Positions 1 through 15,461 of a stretch of DNA of 64,000 bases are shown in pieces (the first letter of the stretch is position 1; each line of letters starts with the position of its first letter). The notes under the pieces are model-generated. The model was not told where the DNA came from and did no database searches. It saw nothing but the letters and a program-made list of their open reading frames with translations. The position numbers and the translations under genes are program-made. The stretch lies in assembly GCA_965248605.1 (NCBI GenBank), contig CBDFJV010000005.1, positions 36,355 through 100,354 on the forward strand. Reading direction: 5' to 3'. The stretch comes from Dehalococcoidia bacterium (GTDB lineage: Bacteria; Chloroflexota; Dehalococcoidia; Lucifugimonadales; CAUZJF01).

Positions 1-1
1 C

Positions 2-211
2 AACCCAGACGGCAAAGTCGCCGACCGCCAGACGAAGAGCTTCGCGTGGGGCATGTACGAGCTCGCCCTCGAGACCGAGACACTCGACATGGCCTTCGCC
101 AAAGACGGCGACACCAGCTACCTGGTGATGCTTGAGTCTTTCGCCGACCGCGACCGCTACTACTCCGAGGTCTTGGTCCCCGCTCTCGAGGCTTTCGCGT
201 TAGCGGAGTAG
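2..211 (+). CDS. 3' end of an unidentified gene (partial, enters from window edge)
   Basis: Open frame from position 2 to TAG at 209-211. Codon usage resembles neighbours. No recognisable motif. Confidence 0.35.
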   Translation, partial: NPDGKVADRQTKSFAWGMYELALETETLDMAFAKDGDTSYLVMLESFADRDRYYSEVLVPALEAFALAE

Positions 212-271
212 GTTCACCTAGGAGATACAATCTTTTCAAGAGGTCCTGTGATGTCGGCGGGGAGTTGATCT

Positions 272-1516
272 TTGCGCAAGAGAGTAGTTGTTCCGGCAGT
301 TGCGGCCGTTCTAGTGTCCCTACTGGGGCTGGCTTGGCTTCTGATCACGCCTGACCGATCGGTGGTGATGACGATCCTCGCGCACGGACACGTACTCTAC
401 TATTCATCGATCGAGGAGATGGCCGCCGATTCCGATCTGATCATCCTGGGTGAGATTGGTGACGTCGTGGGCCGCGAAAGAGACTACGGGACGGACAAGT
501 GGTGGGAGAAGATCACCAGCCGGGGAATTCCTTTGGCCTTCTATGAAATCGCGGTAACGGATGTCTTGAAGGGTAACGCGAGCGAGAACGTCATAGTGGG
601 CAGAATGGACCTCGAGCGTGTGAACGTTCCTGGTCGGAAATCGATGCGCGCAGGGGACCCGGTCTTGTTATTTCTCGACGAGCGCAGAGCCGAGAATTTC
701 CCAGGTATTTCGATTTTCGACCTTTTCTACTGGCCCGTGAGCGAAGACCACGGCGTTTTCGATGTCTTGCCCGGCGGTCTGGTGCAACCGCACCTGAGGG
801 GGTCCTTTGCACCGCCACCAGCCGATACTCCGCTGGAGCCCCCGACCTTCACGCTCGATGAGGTCCGGGAGAAGGTGCTAGGAGTCAGTCCAAATGCCCC
901 TCGCGATTCGCAGGTCACTCAAGACCCGCCTGGCGGAGTCGGGGTCTCTACAACAGCAGCGCTGGAGACGGAGAGTGCGTCCGAGCCCATCGTCGTGTCC
1001 GAGCCGGTGGAAGCGAGCTACAGGTTATTGAAGTCTTTTGATGCGCTTGTAGAAGACTCGGAGGTGATCGCGATCGGCACAGCTACACACGACGCTACCT
1101 CCACCAAAGAGTACGACGAATACGTTGGTGGCAAACCGGGGCTGCAGTTCGCAACAGCGATTCTGTACCCAGTTCGAGTCGACAGAGTGATTAAGGGGAC
1201 CGTGGGCGATACTCTCCTTTTCGGCCAGTTCGAAGAATACCGAGTGCTTAGAGATGGGCGCTGGTACCTCTTCCGGACGGAAAATGCCCAATATCCTATG
1301 CGGCCGGGCACGCGGTACTTGCTATTCCTTGCGCCGGACCACCTCGGGGAACCTGGCCTATTCTTTTCCAGGGGTCATCCTCCCAGATTTGTGCTTTCCG
1401 AGGGTACGGCCAAGGTTGAAGGGCCGGCGAGGTGGATCCTAACCAAGTACTTTCCCGATACGAGCGAAGACGATCTAATCAGTCAGCTTGAGGCAGCGGT
1501 TCTCGCCCGCCAATAG
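272..1516 (+). CDS. hypothetical secreted/membrane-anchored protein with internal two-fold repeat
   Basis: TTG start. N-terminal hydrophobic segment VVVPAVAAVLVSLLGLAWLLI. Two similar halves (...SDLIILGEIGDV...VTDVLKG... and ...SEVIAIGTATHD...VDRVIKG...). Followed by a terminator hairpin. Confidence 0.6.
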   Translation: MRKRVVVPAVAAVLVSLLGLAWLLITPDRSVVMTILAHGHVLYYSSIEEMAADSDLIILGEIGDVVGRERDYGTDKWWEKITSRGIPLAFYEIAVTDVLKGNASENVIVGRMDLERVNVPGRKSMRAGDPVLLFLDERRAENFPGISIFDLFYWPVSEDHGVFDVLPGGLVQPHLRGSFAPPPADTPLEPPTFTLDEVREKVLGVSPNAPRDSQVTQDPPGGVGVSTTAALETESASEPIVVSEPVEASYRLLKSFDALVEDSEVIAIGTATHDATSTKEYDEYVGGKPGLQFATAILYPVRVDRVIKGTVGDTLLFGQFEEYRVLRDGRWYLFRTENAQYPMRPGTRYLLFLAPDHLGEPGLFFSRGHPPRFVLSEGTAKVEGPARWILTKYFPDTSEDDLISQLEAAVLARQ

Positions 1517-1546
1517 GGTCTCTCGACGCGAAGGTAACCTCGAGAG

Positions 1547-1570
1547 AAAAGCGCGCTGTGGCGCGCTTTT
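1547..1570 (+). terminator. rho-independent terminator-like hairpin
   Basis: aaaagcgcgc-tgtg-gcgcgctttt is a perfect 10-bp stem ending in a T-run, about 30 nt after the stop of 272..1516. Confidence 0.55.
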
Positions 1571-1600
1571 CTGCGTCCTGCCTTCGGCGGTTCCTCCCTC

Positions 1601-2599
1601 ATGCGTTCTGGTATACAGTACCCGCACACAGCGAGGAGGCCCGTTTTGGCGATATTCCTTACCGAAGGCGACGTCAACCAACTGCTCACCATGGACATAG
1701 CCCTGGAGGCGGTCAAGGAGGGGTTCAGACATCAGGCGGCAGGCACCGCGGACAACAGCCGGCGCTCCCGGCTTCGAATCGAAGGCGGTTTCTTTAACTT
1801 CATGGCCGCGGCCGCGCCTGGCATGGGCGTGATGGGCCAGAAGGCCTATGCCGCCGTAAGGGGCGGACTCAGCCACTTCTACGTGCAACTCTACAGCTCC
1901 AAAGACGGCGAGTTGCTGGCCGTTTTCGAGGCATCGGACATGGGAAAGGTCCGCACCGGAGCGGCAAGCGGCGTAGCGACCAAGTACATGGCGAGACCCG
2001 ACGCCCGGACGGTGGGCATCATCGGCTCCGGCTACCAGGCGCGCACCCAGCTTGAGGCGATGTGCCGCGTCCGCGACATCGTCAGCGCGAAGGTCTTCAG
2101 TCGCAAGCCTGAGCGCCGGCAGAAGTTCGCCGACGAGATGAGCGCGAAGCTGGGCATCGACATATCCGTCTCCGACAGCGCGGAGGCGTGCGTTGCAGAC
2201 GCGGACATCGTGGTCACCATCACGACGTCGTCGGCGCCCATCCTAGAGGGCGCGTGGCTCAGTCCCGGCACCCACGTCAACGCAGCAGGGGCCAACCACT
2301 GGATGCGCCGCGAGATCGACGACGAGACGGTGAGGAGTGCAGGGACCATCGTGGCCGACGACGTCGAGCAGGCGAAGATCGAGTGTGGCGACCTGATGCA
2401 GCCAATCGAGCGAGGCTTGCTACGGTGGGACGACGTGCACGACCTCCACGAGATAGTGGGAGCCGCGCCGGGACGAACGGACGCCGAGGAGATAACGCTG
2501 TTCGCGTCTCAGGGCATGGCCCTGGAGGACATCGCGGTCGGCGAAAGGCTCTACAAGCTAGCGAGGGAACAGGGCGTTGGGACCGAGCTACCGCTGTAG
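1601..2599 (+). CDS. ornithine cyclodeaminase / mu-crystallin family protein
   Basis: 332 aa. Family-typical N-terminus (LTEGDVNQLLTMDIALEAVKEGF) and Rossmann motif GIIGSGYQARTQLEA. The exact start is uncertain and may lie some codons downstream. Confidence 0.85.
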   Translation: MRSGIQYPHTARRPVLAIFLTEGDVNQLLTMDIALEAVKEGFRHQAAGTADNSRRSRLRIEGGFFNFMAAAAPGMGVMGQKAYAAVRGGLSHFYVQLYSSKDGELLAVFEASDMGKVRTGAASGVATKYMARPDARTVGIIGSGYQARTQLEAMCRVRDIVSAKVFSRKPERRQKFADEMSAKLGIDISVSDSAEACVADADIVVTITTSSAPILEGAWLSPGTHVNAAGANHWMRREIDDETVRSAGTIVADDVEQAKIECGDLMQPIERGLLRWDDVHDLHEIVGAAPGRTDAEEITLFASQGMALEDIAVGERLYKLAREQGVGTELPL

Positions 2600-2611
2600 C
2601 TGCGTGGCGGT

Positions 2612-3007
2612 CTACAGGGGCTGCCGACCGACGAAGCCCGCGTCGACTTCGTGCCAGAAGGCGATCTCGGTCTCGCCTTCGATCCAGCAGAGGTAGACCT
2701 CGCGTCGCTCGCGTAGCGACGGGAAGTCGACCAGCCCTCGCATGACGTCTCTCACGACGATTCCGCGGGCTGTAACCGCCTCCACGCGTTCTGCCACGAG
2801 CTCGGACGCCTCCTGCAACTCGCGCCTGGCGCTGACCATTCGCTCATTTGCTTTGACGCCGCCGTTGGAGCGCATCCGCACGTCCAGGTCGTCCATCTCT
2901 TGGGTAAGCGAGGCTAGCTGCTCGCGCGCCGGCGCGATCTCACGGAAGGTCTCCGCGAGCCACGGGACCAGCTCCTGCGCCTGTTCGAGAGTGAAATATC
3001 GGTCCAT
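2612..3007 (-). CDS. DUF2203-family protein
   Basis: Translation from the internal ATG at 3007 (MDRYFTLEQAQELVPWL...) matches the DUF2203 pattern as I recall it. The longer ORF to 3067 adds a non-conserved leader. Confidence 0.65.
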   Translation of the reverse strand: MDRYFTLEQAQELVPWLAETFREIAPAREQLASLTQEMDDLDVRMRSNGGVKANERMVSARRELQEASELVAERVEAVTARGIVVRDVMRGLVDFPSLRERREVYLCWIEGETEIAFWHEVDAGFVGRQPL

Positions 3008-3078
3008 AGTGGATGCTCTTGACTGTGCCGGAGAAACGTCTAGAATTGTATACTGAAGTAGCTTCACAACGACAGCGG

Positions 3079-3112
3079 CCCTTTAAGTCAGTCCCGAGAG
3101 GCTGGCAAGGCG
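3079..3112 (+). promoter_or_regulatory. PyrR-binding RNA motif (pyr leader)
   Basis: ccctttaagtcagtcccgagaggctggcaagg matches the remembered PyrR binding-loop core (A/G)GUCCAGAGAGGCU..GCAAG with one change (C for A). It lies about 60 nt upstream of pyrR. Confidence 0.6.
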
Positions 3113-3140
3113 CGAATTAGACGGCCTCGCTTGCGAGTGA

Positions 3141-4786
<1,646 letters not shown>

Positions 4787-4790
4787 GGCT

Positions 4791-5141
4791 ATGGCAACGG
4801 CGCTCCGCGAAAGGGCTACTGTGCTCGTGATTAGAGATGAGAATGTCCTGCTGGTCCGCGACGTTGGGCCGAATTACGGAATGCCGGGTGGCGGCATCGA
4901 ATCAGGAGAATCGGCTACCGATGCGGCTATCAGAGAGCTCCACGAGGAAACCGGCCTCAAGGCGAAGAAGACGGAGTACATGTTCACCTGGGAAAGCAGC
5001 ATCAACCGGCACCGTGCTATCCGCGTTGAGACCGAAGGCGACGTAGAAATGGGGCTCGGAATCAGCGACTACACGTGGTGGGACCGGAAGGCCGCTCTCC
5101 CGTTGTACCCTCACGTCGAAGCGATACTGAAGAGGCTGTAA
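4791..5141 (+). CDS. NUDIX hydrolase
   Basis: Nudix box GGGIESGESATDAAIRELHEETGL. Lies between pyrB and pyrC. Confidence 0.85.
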   Translation: MATALRERATVLVIRDENVLLVRDVGPNYGMPGGGIESGESATDAAIRELHEETGLKAKKTEYMFTWESSINRHRAIRVETEGDVEMGLGISDYTWWDRKAALPLYPHVEAILKRL

Positions 5142-5145
5142 CAGT

Positions 5146-6504
5146 ATGAGCCAACCGCGCCCGATACTTGTCCAGGGCGGACATATCGTCGACCCGGCTC
5201 AGGGCGTAGACCGCAAGGGCGATCTACTCATCGAAGACGGCGTCGTAAGCGAACTCGACCCTGACATGGCATCGGGGCCGCCCGTCGGCCCGCAGACCAT
5301 CGACGCCGAAGGGCTCGTGGTATGCCCCGGCTTCATCGACGTCCACTGCCACCTGCGTGAGCCCGGCTTCGAATACAAGGAGACCATCGCCACAGGGACT
5401 CGGGCGGCGGCGGCCGGAGGGTTCACGACGGTGTGCGCCATGCCCAACACCAACCCTGTGATGGACTCGCGCTCGGTCGTCGAGTTCGTAATGGGGAGGG
5501 CCCGCGAGCAGGGCGTCGTGCGGGTGCTGCCTATCGGGGCCGTCACGCGAGGCAGCCAGGGCCGCGAGTTGGCCGAGATGGGGGAGCTGGCTGAGGCCGG
5601 CGCTATCGGCTTCAGCGACGATGGTCACCCGGTGTCGGACCCGAACATCATGCGGCAGGCGCTGAGCTACGCTTCCGGGTTGGGTCTGCCGATCATCAAC
5701 CACTGCGAGGTCCACGAGCTATCGACGGGCGGCGTCATGAACGAGGGGTGGGTTTCGAACCGGCTGGGCCTCAAGGGCATACCGAACTCCGCCGAGGAGA
5801 TCATGGTGGCGCGCGATATCGAGCTCGCCGAGCTGACTGGAGGCCGTCTCCACGTCGCCCACGCCAGCACCGCCGGAACGTTGACGCTTGTGCGTGAAGC
5901 GAAGGGGAAGGGCCTGAACGTCACGTGCGAGGTCACTCCCCACCACCTTACCCTTAGCGACGAGACGGTCATGGGTTACAGTCGCGACGGCCAGCCCTTC
6001 GAGCCGTTGACCGATTCGGCCTACGACACCAACGCCAAGGTGGCCCCGCCCCTTCGCGCCCGCAGCGACCTCGAGGCCATGGCGGAGGGACTGAAGGACG
6101 GCACGGTCGACTTCATCGCCACGGACCACGCGCCCCACGGGACCGTCGAGAAGCAGTGCACCTTCGACGAAGCTGCCAACGGCATAAGCGTGCTCGAGAC
6201 GGCGCTGGGCTCGCTGATGGGTCTCGTGGACGCCGGAGACACTGCGCTGCCGCTGCTTGTCGAGAAGCTGACGGCGGCTCCCGCAAAGTTCCTCGGGATC
6301 GACAGCGGCTCCCTCAAACAGGGCTCGCCCGCCGACGTGACGCTCTTCGACCCCGATGCCGAGTGGGCCGTCGACCCTGAACGGTTCGTCTCGAAGGGCA
6401 AGAACACTCCCCTCGCAGGCGCTACGCTTAGAGGACGCGTGGTTGCGACTATCGTGGCTGGCGAGGTCGTTTATGATGGGCGGGAGGAGTCGCGAGAACT
6501 ATAG
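5146..6504 (+). CDS. pyrC: dihydroorotase
   Basis: DVHCHLREPG metal-binding motif and ATDHAPH. 452 aa. Confidence 0.95.
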   Translation: MSQPRPILVQGGHIVDPAQGVDRKGDLLIEDGVVSELDPDMASGPPVGPQTIDAEGLVVCPGFIDVHCHLREPGFEYKETIATGTRAAAAGGFTTVCAMPNTNPVMDSRSVVEFVMGRAREQGVVRVLPIGAVTRGSQGRELAEMGELAEAGAIGFSDDGHPVSDPNIMRQALSYASGLGLPIINHCEVHELSTGGVMNEGWVSNRLGLKGIPNSAEEIMVARDIELAELTGGRLHVAHASTAGTLTLVREAKGKGLNVTCEVTPHHLTLSDETVMGYSRDGQPFEPLTDSAYDTNAKVAPPLRARSDLEAMAEGLKDGTVDFIATDHAPHGTVEKQCTFDEAANGISVLETALGSLMGLVDAGDTALPLLVEKLTAAPAKFLGIDSGSLKQGSPADVTLFDPDAEWAVDPERFVSKGKNTPLAGATLRGRVVATIVAGEVVYDGREESREL

Positions 6505-6506
6505 CC

Positions 6507-6978
6507 GTGGAAGCTATTCGCGTATATGCCGATACATCAGTGTTCGGAGGTGTCTTCGATACAGCTTTCGGAGATGCAAGCAAGGAGTTCTTCGCCGAAG
6601 TGCAGCGCGGGCGCTTTCAATTGGTGACGTCTGCCATCGTTCAAGAAGAGATAGCTCCGGCCCCTAAGCAAGTACGTGACCTTTTCAACGAGCTGATTGA
6701 TCACATGGAAGGTCGCAGATATATCCGAAGACGCGCTGCGGCTTAGAGATTCCTACGTTGTCGCTCGAATCGTTTCTCGGAAGTGGTTGGACGATGCACT
6801 TCACGTGGCGGTTGCCACTGTTTCGTCCTGTTCCATGATTGTAAGCTGGAATTTCACTCACATCGTTCATTTCGAAAAGATCCCGCTATACAACGCCGTC
6901 AATACGTTAAATGGCTACGCCCAGATAGGCTTCTTCTCGCCAATGGAGGTCGTCCAGTATGACAGCGAAGAGCATTGA
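6507..6978 (+). pseudogene. PIN-like toxin gene split by a 1-nt frameshift
   Basis: ORFs 6507..6746 (VYADTSVFGG...) and 6697..6978 (...DDALHVAVATV...IVSWNFTHIVHFEKI...YNAVN) together form one PIN-like protein. The frame changes around 6708-6714. Confidence 0.65.
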
Positions 6979-7174
6979 GTCGGTGGAAATGATGCATCGT
7001 GGCGCTGAAGAAGTGCTGGCGAAGACCGCCAGAATGAACCCGAGCGAGGAACTCGCCTGGTGGCAGGGGCGGTCGAAACAGCTTAGACAAGCCCAGCTGC
7101 GCGCTAAGGCCCATTCAGAGAACACGAGGAGAATACACGAGAGCGACGGGGCGAGCACCAATCTACTCCCATAA
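6959..7174 (+). CDS. small partner protein of the PIN-like gene (putative antitoxin-like)
   Basis: 71 aa, with an ATG overlapping the PIN 3' end by 20 nt. The pattern ...SIESVEMMHRGAEEV...NPSEELAWW... resembles small ORFs I recall downstream of this PIN family. Function not established. Confidence 0.45.
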   Translation: MTAKSIESVEMMHRGAEEVLAKTARMNPSEELAWWQGRSKQLRQAQLRAKAHSENTRRIHESDGASTNLLP

Positions 7175-7203
7175 ACGGTCGCAGCTCGTCAGCGAGAACC
7201 GAA

Positions 7204-8292
<1,089 letters not shown>

Positions 8293-8305
8293 CGCGTGGG
8301 GACGA

Positions 8306-8313
8306 TGTATAAT
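8306..8313 (+). promoter_or_regulatory. extended -10 promoter element (TGTATAAT) for vapBC
   Basis: tgtataat lies 28 nt upstream of the vapB ATG, inside the carA-vapB spacer. Confidence 0.35.
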
Positions 8314-8340
8314 GGCGGTGCGCTAATATGATGAGGTGTT

Positions 8341-8565
8341 ATGATGCGGACCACTTTGGATATCGATAAAAAGCTTCTAGAAGAAGTGGTCGAAGCAACG
8401 GGCGAAAAGACCAAGAGCAAAGCTGTCAGCCAGGTACTGGTCGAATACGTGCGGCACATAAAGATAACTGAGCTTCGAGCGATGGCCGGGAAGATTGATA
8501 TCATCGACAACTGGCGGGAACTTGAGGACCTCGAATTGGAGCACCAGCGGAAACTGCAATGGTGA
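8341..8565 (+). CDS. vapB: type II antitoxin VapB (DUF2191/RHH-like)
   Basis: MMRTTLDIDKKLLEEVVEATGEKTKSKAVSQVL pattern. Overlaps the vapC start. Confidence 0.8.
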   Translation: MMRTTLDIDKKLLEEVVEATGEKTKSKAVSQVLVEYVRHIKITELRAMAGKIDIIDNWRELEDLELEHQRKLQW

Positions 8566-8963
8566 TCGCCGATTCCGCCGCATGGATCGACTGGCTCAGG
8601 AACCCCGGTTCTGAAGTCGGTGAAGTGGTCGAGTCTTTGCTCGCAACGAATCAGGTAGTCCTTGTGGGAATTGTGCTAGGGGAAGTACTTCAAGGTGCAC
8701 GGACCGATTTCGAGTTCGATGCCCTTCTCGATCGGCTAGACGAATTGGAATATCTCCACACCGACAAGCGAGCATATACGGACGCCGCGCTGACGGTCTT
8801 GAGACTCAGAAAACAGGGAAAGCAGCTACCGCTTTCGGACGCCATCATCGCCGAAGTGGCAAAGCAACATGGACTACCTATCTATTCACGTGACCGTCAC
8901 TTCGAACGGGTCCCCGGACTGCACCTGTACTCCCCAGAGGTCCAGGAAGGCCCGCGTGACTAG
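8559..8963 (+). CDS. vapC: PIN-domain ribonuclease toxin VapC
   Basis: 134 aa. IADSAAWIDWLR N-terminus and a conserved acidic residue context (LSDAIIAEVA...YSRDRHF). Confidence 0.85.
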   Translation: MVIADSAAWIDWLRNPGSEVGEVVESLLATNQVVLVGIVLGEVLQGARTDFEFDALLDRLDELEYLHTDKRAYTDAALTVLRLRKQGKQLPLSDAIIAEVAKQHGLPIYSRDRHFERVPGLHLYSPEVQEGPRD

Positions 8964-9707
8964 ACTCGACGGCATCAAGGCCGTCTCCTTCGACGTGGAC
9001 GGCACTCTCTGGGACTTCGAGTCGGTCATGCGCCGGTCCCTCGGCGAGGCGTTGCGGGAACTACGGCGAATCGACCCAAAAGCTGCGAACGGCCTCGACG
9101 TCGACAAGATGATCGACATCCGCGAGCGCGTCCACCACCGGCTCGCCACCGACGGTGTCGACCTCGTCTCTATCCGACTCGAAGCCTTCAAGGAGACGCT
9201 GGGGGACGTGGGCAGGCCCGACGACATGCTCGCCTCCCGTCTCAACGACGTCTACTTCAAGCTCCGCTATGCCGAACCGCACCTGTACGATGACGTGGTC
9301 CCGACGCTCGAGGCCCTTCGGGGCCGGTTCAAGCTCGGCGTGCTCTCAAACGGTAACAGCTATCCGTCGCGCTTCGGGCTCGACGACGTGTTCGCTTTCA
9401 CGGTCTTTTCGCAGGACCACGGCGGCATCGAGAAGCCGGACCCGCGCCTGTTCGAGATCGCCGTCGCCGAAGCCGGCTGTGCGCCGGACGAGCTCCTTCA
9501 CGTCGGCGACCACTTGGAGTACGACGTGCTCGGCGCGCAGAATGCCGGCATACGAAGTGTTTGGCTCAACCGCGATGGTCGACCTGGCGGCGATGGTGCC
9601 GCCGGACCAACCTTGGAGGTCTCGTCGCTATACCGACTCCTCGATGCTCTGTCCGTCGCGGACGCTTCGTTGCCAGCGATGAGTCGCCTGAAGCGTATGG
9701 GTGACCA

Positions 9708-9711
<4 letters not shown>
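8956..9711 (+). CDS. HAD-superfamily hydrolase (possible nucleotidase/phosphatase)
   Basis: HAD motif [10 protein letters not shown], motif II SNG, motif [16 protein letters not shown] at 8956 chosen over 8869, whose extension overlaps vapC. The stop overlaps the carB start by 4 nt. Confidence 0.8.
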
Positions 9712-13019
<3,308 letters not shown>

Positions 13020-13032
13020 AGTGCCGGAGCTG

Positions 13033-13254
13033 CTATAGCCACCTGTTCCTGAAGGATAGCAGGAGTCCCACGAATAGGATGGTGGTCAGGCCCGCCATCC
13101 AGTCCCAATGGACCGTTCGGCCCAGGAGCGGGTTCACGGCGGCGCTAACAATGTCTGCCGCCACCACGATGGCGACTGCGATCGTAACTGAAGCCGCCCA
13201 TGTCCTCTTGGTGGTTGGCGCGTCTTTCGCAGGCGACCGTCGAGTCCTCTTCAT
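13033..13254 (-). CDS. small membrane protein, unknown function
   Basis: ATG at 13254 preceded by a GGAGG Shine-Dalgarno sequence. Two hydrophobic helices (VTIAVAIVVAADIVSAAV, LTTILFVGLLLSF). Confidence 0.45.
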   Translation of the reverse strand: MKRTRRSPAKDAPTTKRTWAASVTIAVAIVVAADIVSAAVNPLLGRTVHWDWMAGLTTILFVGLLLSFRNRWL

Positions 13255-13389
13255 CGCCTCCCCTTCTCGCTCGTTTTGGATGCGTGGTGTCGAGGCAAAG
13301 ATGCGGGCGTTCGGCGCGGAGGGACGAAATCCGGGGGTCTTGCCGTGATCTCCGGCGGTCCGGGCCTCTGTTGGCAACTCACCGATTTC

Positions 13390-13398
13390 TGTGGATAA
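13390..13398 (-). promoter_or_regulatory. perfect DnaA box (TTATCCACA on the minus strand)
   Basis: tgtggataa read directly. A 1-mismatch box ttacccaca lies at 13740-13748, just before the dnaA start. Confidence 0.6.
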
Positions 13399-13763
13399 GT
13401 GGCGTTGCCTGTGGGCAAAGTCGCACGGAGCACCAGCTACCCCGCAACACCCGCCGAGACGCCCGTGCCAATGCCCTCACGCCTAGCTGAACTCGCCGCT
13501 CGTTTCCGTAGTCGACATTACTGAATATCGCTGCACCCCCCTGCGCGCGGCGATAGAGCGGCCCACGGTTTTGCACCCGTCTACACCGGTGTGCAGACGC
13601 GTGTACTGCGTGGGAATTTGCTCCCAAATTCCCGCCGTCCAAGGCTTGATTCCTCAGCAAAAGGGCGTGCTAGAATCCGCCGCGTGCGTCGGGGCGCCCC
13701 ACCTCAGCAACGCCTCCCCAGGCTGGATCGAAGGGGCCCTTACCCACAACTATTTCACAGCAG

Positions 13764-15206
13764 GTGGCGCCTGTGTCTACGATCCGGGAAGAGCCCGACC
13801 AACTTTGGCAGGCCGTCCTCGGCCAACTCCAAATGAAGGTCAGCCGTCCCATCTACGAGACCTGGTTGAAGGACACGTCGGGCGTCTCCTACGACGACGG
13901 TGTGTTCGTGGTCAACGCACCCGATACCTTTGTCGCGGAGATGCTCGAACATCGTCTGTACGAGCTCATCTCACAAACCCTCAACGGCGTCGTACCGACC
14001 GGAGCGGACATCCGCTTCCACGTGGCTGGCAGCCCTGCCAACGCCGAGCAAGAGTCGCTCGTCCTGGAGCAGACACCACCCTCTGTCACCACTGCGGTCG
14101 CAGAGCGACCCGACGATGAGTCGAGCGTAGACGATGGCCCAGCCTCCTTTCGCACCAACAACCATAACGGCCGACCGGCCGTCGGCGCGGCCTCGTTCAA
14201 TCCCAGATACACCTTCGAATCGTTCATTGTGGGCAACTCAAACGAGCTCGCCCACGCGGCCGCGCTGGCAGTCTCCGATCGGCCCGCGATCACTTACAAT
14301 CCTTTGTTCCTCTACTCCGGCGTGGGCCTTGGCAAAACGCACCTTCTACACGCCATCGGGCACCGGTTCGTAGCGGCGGGACTCTCGACCATCTACGCCA
14401 CATGCGAGGAGTTTACCAACCAGTACATCAAGGCCATCCGGGAAGGGAATACCGAGGAGTTCCGGGAGCGCTACAGGAGCGCCGAAGCGCTGCTCCTCGA
14501 CGACATCCAGTTCATCATCGGCAAGGAGCAGACGCAAGAGGGCTTCTTCCACACCTTCAACTCCCTGCACATGGCCGCGAAGCAGATCATTATTACCAGC
14601 GACCGTCCCGTTACTTCGCTCACCCTGTTGGAGGACCGGGTGCGGTCGCGACTCGCGGGCGGACTCACCGTCGATATACAGCACCCCGACCTGGAGACTC
14701 GGCAGGCGATCCTCCGGGTCAAGGCCGACGAGACAGGCGCCAAGTTCCCGTCCGAAGTGCTTGAGTTCCTGGCGGAGCGCGTGCACAAAAACGTGAGAGA
14801 ACTCGAGGGGAGCCTGAACAGGGTCGCCGCCTACGCCCAGCTTACCGGTACCGACATCTCCGTGGACATGGTCAAAAACGCTCTCGCCGACACCCTTAAC
14901 CCCACGAAGACCAACCGTGTTTCAGAGCAACTGGTGGTCAACACCGTGTCAGCTTACTTCTCGATCGACGAAGAGTCTCTCAAAGGGCGGCGCAGGGACA
15001 AGCAGACGGCGCTTGCCAGGCAGGTCGCGATGTACCTGCTGCGTGAAGAGCTCAATCTCTCCTTGGCGGCAGTCGGCCGGACGATGGGCGGTAAGGACCA
15101 CACCACCGTCCTGCATGCCTGCACGAGCATCACTGCGAAGATTAACGTCGACGCCCACCTGAGGAGGGACGTCATAAACATCCGCGAGGCCCTTACCAAA
15201 GGCTAA
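13764..15206 (+). CDS. dnaA: chromosomal replication initiator DnaA
   Basis: N-terminus LWQAVLGQLQ...YETWL, Walker A GVGLGKTHLLHA, LLLDDIQF, and the C-terminal DNA-binding KDHTTVLHA. Confidence 0.95.
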   Translation: MAPVSTIREEPDQLWQAVLGQLQMKVSRPIYETWLKDTSGVSYDDGVFVVNAPDTFVAEMLEHRLYELISQTLNGVVPTGADIRFHVAGSPANAEQESLVLEQTPPSVTTAVAERPDDESSVDDGPASFRTNNHNGRPAVGAASFNPRYTFESFIVGNSNELAHAAALAVSDRPAITYNPLFLYSGVGLGKTHLLHAIGHRFVAAGLSTIYATCEEFTNQYIKAIREGNTEEFRERYRSAEALLLDDIQFIIGKEQTQEGFFHTFNSLHMAAKQIIITSDRPVTSLTLLEDRVRSRLAGGLTVDIQHPDLETRQAILRVKADETGAKFPSEVLEFLAERVHKNVRELEGSLNRVAAYAQLTGTDISVDMVKNALADTLNPTKTNRVSEQLVVNTVSAYFSIDEESLKGRRRDKQTALARQVAMYLLREELNLSLAAVGRTMGGKDHTTVLHACTSITAKINVDAHLRRDVINIREALTKG

Positions 15207-15247
15207 CCTCAGTCCTCCGTGCAACGTCGGCAAGTCCCAGCTACCGC

Positions 15248-15297
15248 GGGGGATAAGTTCTATTCTCCGGTGGATAACTACCCTTTCGTGTGGATAA
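15248..15297 (-). promoter_or_regulatory. phased DnaA-box cluster (candidate oriC core)
   Basis: gggggataa (15248-56), ggtggataa (15269-77) and tgtggataa (15289-97) share one orientation at 20-21-bp spacing. An AT-richer stretch lies at 15421-15445. Confidence 0.55.
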
Positions 15298-15461
15298 CCT
15301 GCGACCACATGGAGTAGTCCCCACGGGGCCACGATTAACACACAAGAACTCCACTGTACACCATAGGCGAGCACCGCTAAGAGACCGGCGGGAGCCCAAT
15401 TACCCCCACTGTAAACACCCCTTATAGACTGTTATTGATATCCTCCCAAAAGTAGCTGATT

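Noticed and set aside
2188-2745. 185-aa Arg-rich plus-strand ORF
   Set aside because: It is an out-of-frame overlap with the ornithine cyclodeaminase-family gene and lies antisense to the DUF2203 gene. A compositional artefact.
8869-8955. Longer start for the HAD hydrolase
   Set aside because: The extension overlaps the vapC 3' end in another frame and adds non-HAD sequence. The GTG at 8956 lies just before HAD motif I.
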